Of a DNA stretch of 64,000 bases, positions 61,879 through 64,000 are shown piece after piece. The stretch lies in the NCBI GenBank assembly GCA_964276515.1, contig OZ193909.1:14632001-14696000 (forward strand), given 5' to 3'. The stretch's first letter is position 1, and each line of letters starts with the position of its first letter. This DNA comes from Gordius albopunctatus (Eukaryota). A program made the translations under genes and the position numbers. A model generated the notes under the pieces. It saw nothing but the letters and a program-made list of their open reading frames with translations, was not told where the DNA came from and ran no database searches.

Positions 61879-64000
61879 TCACGTCATATATTGCATGATA
61901 GCCCTGAGCGCGTATAACATTTGAGCTTGAATCTTGGCTTCCATTATCATCAAATTTACGTGTACCTACATTATAAAAGATGAAATCAGGAATTAAATAG
62001 ATTTTGCTTTATTATAAGTTTTGGTATACTTTACCAATTTGTCTAAGGAGATCGTTTTTACTGAGATCTTAAAAAAACGTTTTTTGCTACAATTTAACTA
62101 CCTTTCCCCCTTTGACAAATAGCCAGAGCAGAGTTGATAAAGGTAATTAAATTGACGTTTTTAATTTGACTTTCGTACTACACTTGCTATAAATGTATCA
62201 AGAGCGAAGTAGTTCAATCATAAAATCTACGAGGGGTGGGGGCAACATATTAAATAAGAGGCCTTTTTCTCGGAAACCTTTTCGGATTCCTTGAAATCTT
62301 TCATGAAATTTTGGTTGTCCAGGCTATATACACGTTCTGGGTAGCAGGTGAGGGTCTTGATGTAAGTCTTGAATTCTCGACCCAACAAGTGGTTAACTTC
62401 GCTGTAATCGTAATCGTCGTGCCTTATGCCAAACATGCAATGGATGTAATTCCATATGGCTCGGCGGAAGATGCTAGTATCGATACCCTGAACCTTGCCC
62501 ATCCTATGAGCCAAGTAGTAAATTTGAAAAAACACTCAAATAGACAAGTTGCATCAATGTTTTAACGTCTTAGTGTGGCAGATAAAATTCATTGGCGTTG
62601 CCAAGCCCTGAATCCAAAAATGTGGTGAAATTTATTAAAATAACGGCTAAAATTTAAAAAAATGATAATTTTGCCCTCCCTAAATCATTATTGCCCGCCT
62701 CTAATTCCAATGCTGGCTAAGCCCATGATAATATTGGTTAAAAAATTAAGGAGGGGGGTCCACACTTTTAAAGCGGGTTTTGTAGTTATTATAGTACACT
62801 ATATTAATAAATTGAAACTATGGGGCAATAAAACAAAACTTTAAAATTAATTAGTATACTAGTGTAGCCAGTTAGCGAATCTAATTCTCCATAAGTTAAG
62901 AAGAGGTTTATATTATATTTGCTTCCAAAGGAAATCAGAAATTGGCTTAATATCTCCTTTTACTAATTGAGTATCAAGTAAGGAAAAGAGCCGCACGCTT
63001 GAGAGTTCTCAGTAGTGCGACTAACAAAACTATGCCAAAGCCTTCAAGAACGATAAATCGTTCACGGTTATGTTGTTTTTATAAATTAATGATGGGGGGC
63101 TAACTAGCTTCAGTCATTACTGAAACGTCGGGTTATATACCGCAGCCGCTAATATAAATCGTTTTGCCATACACGGATCGACATTCAGAACTATAAAAAA
63201 AGTGTATCCTATTATTACGTGAGGTAAGTGAGGTTGTAAGCGGCCCTAAATTTATCGTCCAGGAGCGGACCCAGATCGGAACACAATCTGCTGACTAGAG
63301 AAAATCCGTGATGCTCCCAAGTGTAATCCTAAGGCACACAAAAGAATTAAATATGTGAAAATATAAAAATTAGCTAAAAGTGGCTTAAAAGCCAATAAAA
63401 TCTCGTTTACAAGACACGAGAAGGAGTCTTAGCGACAGATTTGATATGTATATACAGTGTATTAAGCATCAATAGACCAAAGATTTGTTGGTCAAACCTG
63501 GTCGAGTAAAACCAAGGGGTGGACCAAACAGAGCCCACCCGTTTTTACAACACTAGCAGAGACTAGATGATAGCTTGCTCATCAACTTTTAGCGCGCCGT
63601 TTTTGTGCCATTTTAAAGTGTGCACAGATGGGAGGAGGGCATATAGATTATATAATAATTTTAATTATTATTCAAAGCTTTAGAACAAAAGAAAAAAATA
63701 TTGAACTAGTTAAAAACGGCATTCCTAAAATATATATATCATTTACAAAATTCATAAAAATTAATAATTCTGTGATGATTTGATGTTGAAGTCGTTTGGT
63801 GCCATCTGCATTTTATTAAAAATGAGGATTCCATTTTAACAATGGGGTACACCGGAGATAGTTAAATCGAAAGAGTAAAAATAGTGGATGGATGAATGAG
63901 GAAGATACTTGTATTCTAAAGGTGGAAGCACGATTGGGTGAATCGCGTTTGGCAAAATCTTCGTACCCAAAGGCAGGATCTTCAATGAGGGGAGAGCTGG
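61879..64000 (-). CDS. SESN: Sestrin, 3' exons; 5' part lies right of the window
   Basis: In-frame exons >64000-63909 ([13 protein letters not shown]...TFRIQ), 63328-63219 ([12 protein letters not shown]...LLDDKF...YNLTY), 62503-62278 ([30 protein letters not shown]) and 61965-61879 ([28 protein letters not shown]). Confidence 0.96.
62590..62727. mobile_element. hAT MITE, family A, in a sestrin intron
   Basis: Family TIRs with a near-TSD ATAAAATT / ATAATATT (7 of 8 match). Confidence 0.8.

Overview
AT-rich eukaryotic DNA from an invertebrate animal, probably a protostome given the CCHamide-type receptor. It is not prokaryotic and has no CRISPR array or rRNA. Four protein-coding genes are supported: the 5' part of QTRT1 (- strand, 5 exons, continues off the left end); a single-coding-exon CCHamide/bombesin-type GPCR with very long ECL2 and ICL3 loops (+); a ~20-exon GON4L/Mute-like gene (+, about 1,540 aa in my hand-spliced model, apparently without the C-terminal Myb/SANT domain); and the 3' part of a sestrin (-). 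Several introns are only 36-40 nt. The rest is transposon-rich: a full-length but frameshifted RTE LINE with a 13-bp target-site duplication (TSD), a CRE-clade retrotransposon inserted in a palindromic MITE, a tRNA-derived SINE with a 17-bp TSD, a non-autonomous Helitron, and many hAT-type (8-bp TSD) and Harbinger-type (TTA/TAA TSD) MITEs. The best leads are a tandem MITE dimer that appears to have moved as one unit inside nested MITEs, a GC-rich pseudoknot-capable island near 39.0-39.2 kb, the ultra-short introns and a 9-nt microexon, and the giant-loop GPCR. The sequence alone does not demonstrate a wholly new biological system; these are hypotheses to test.
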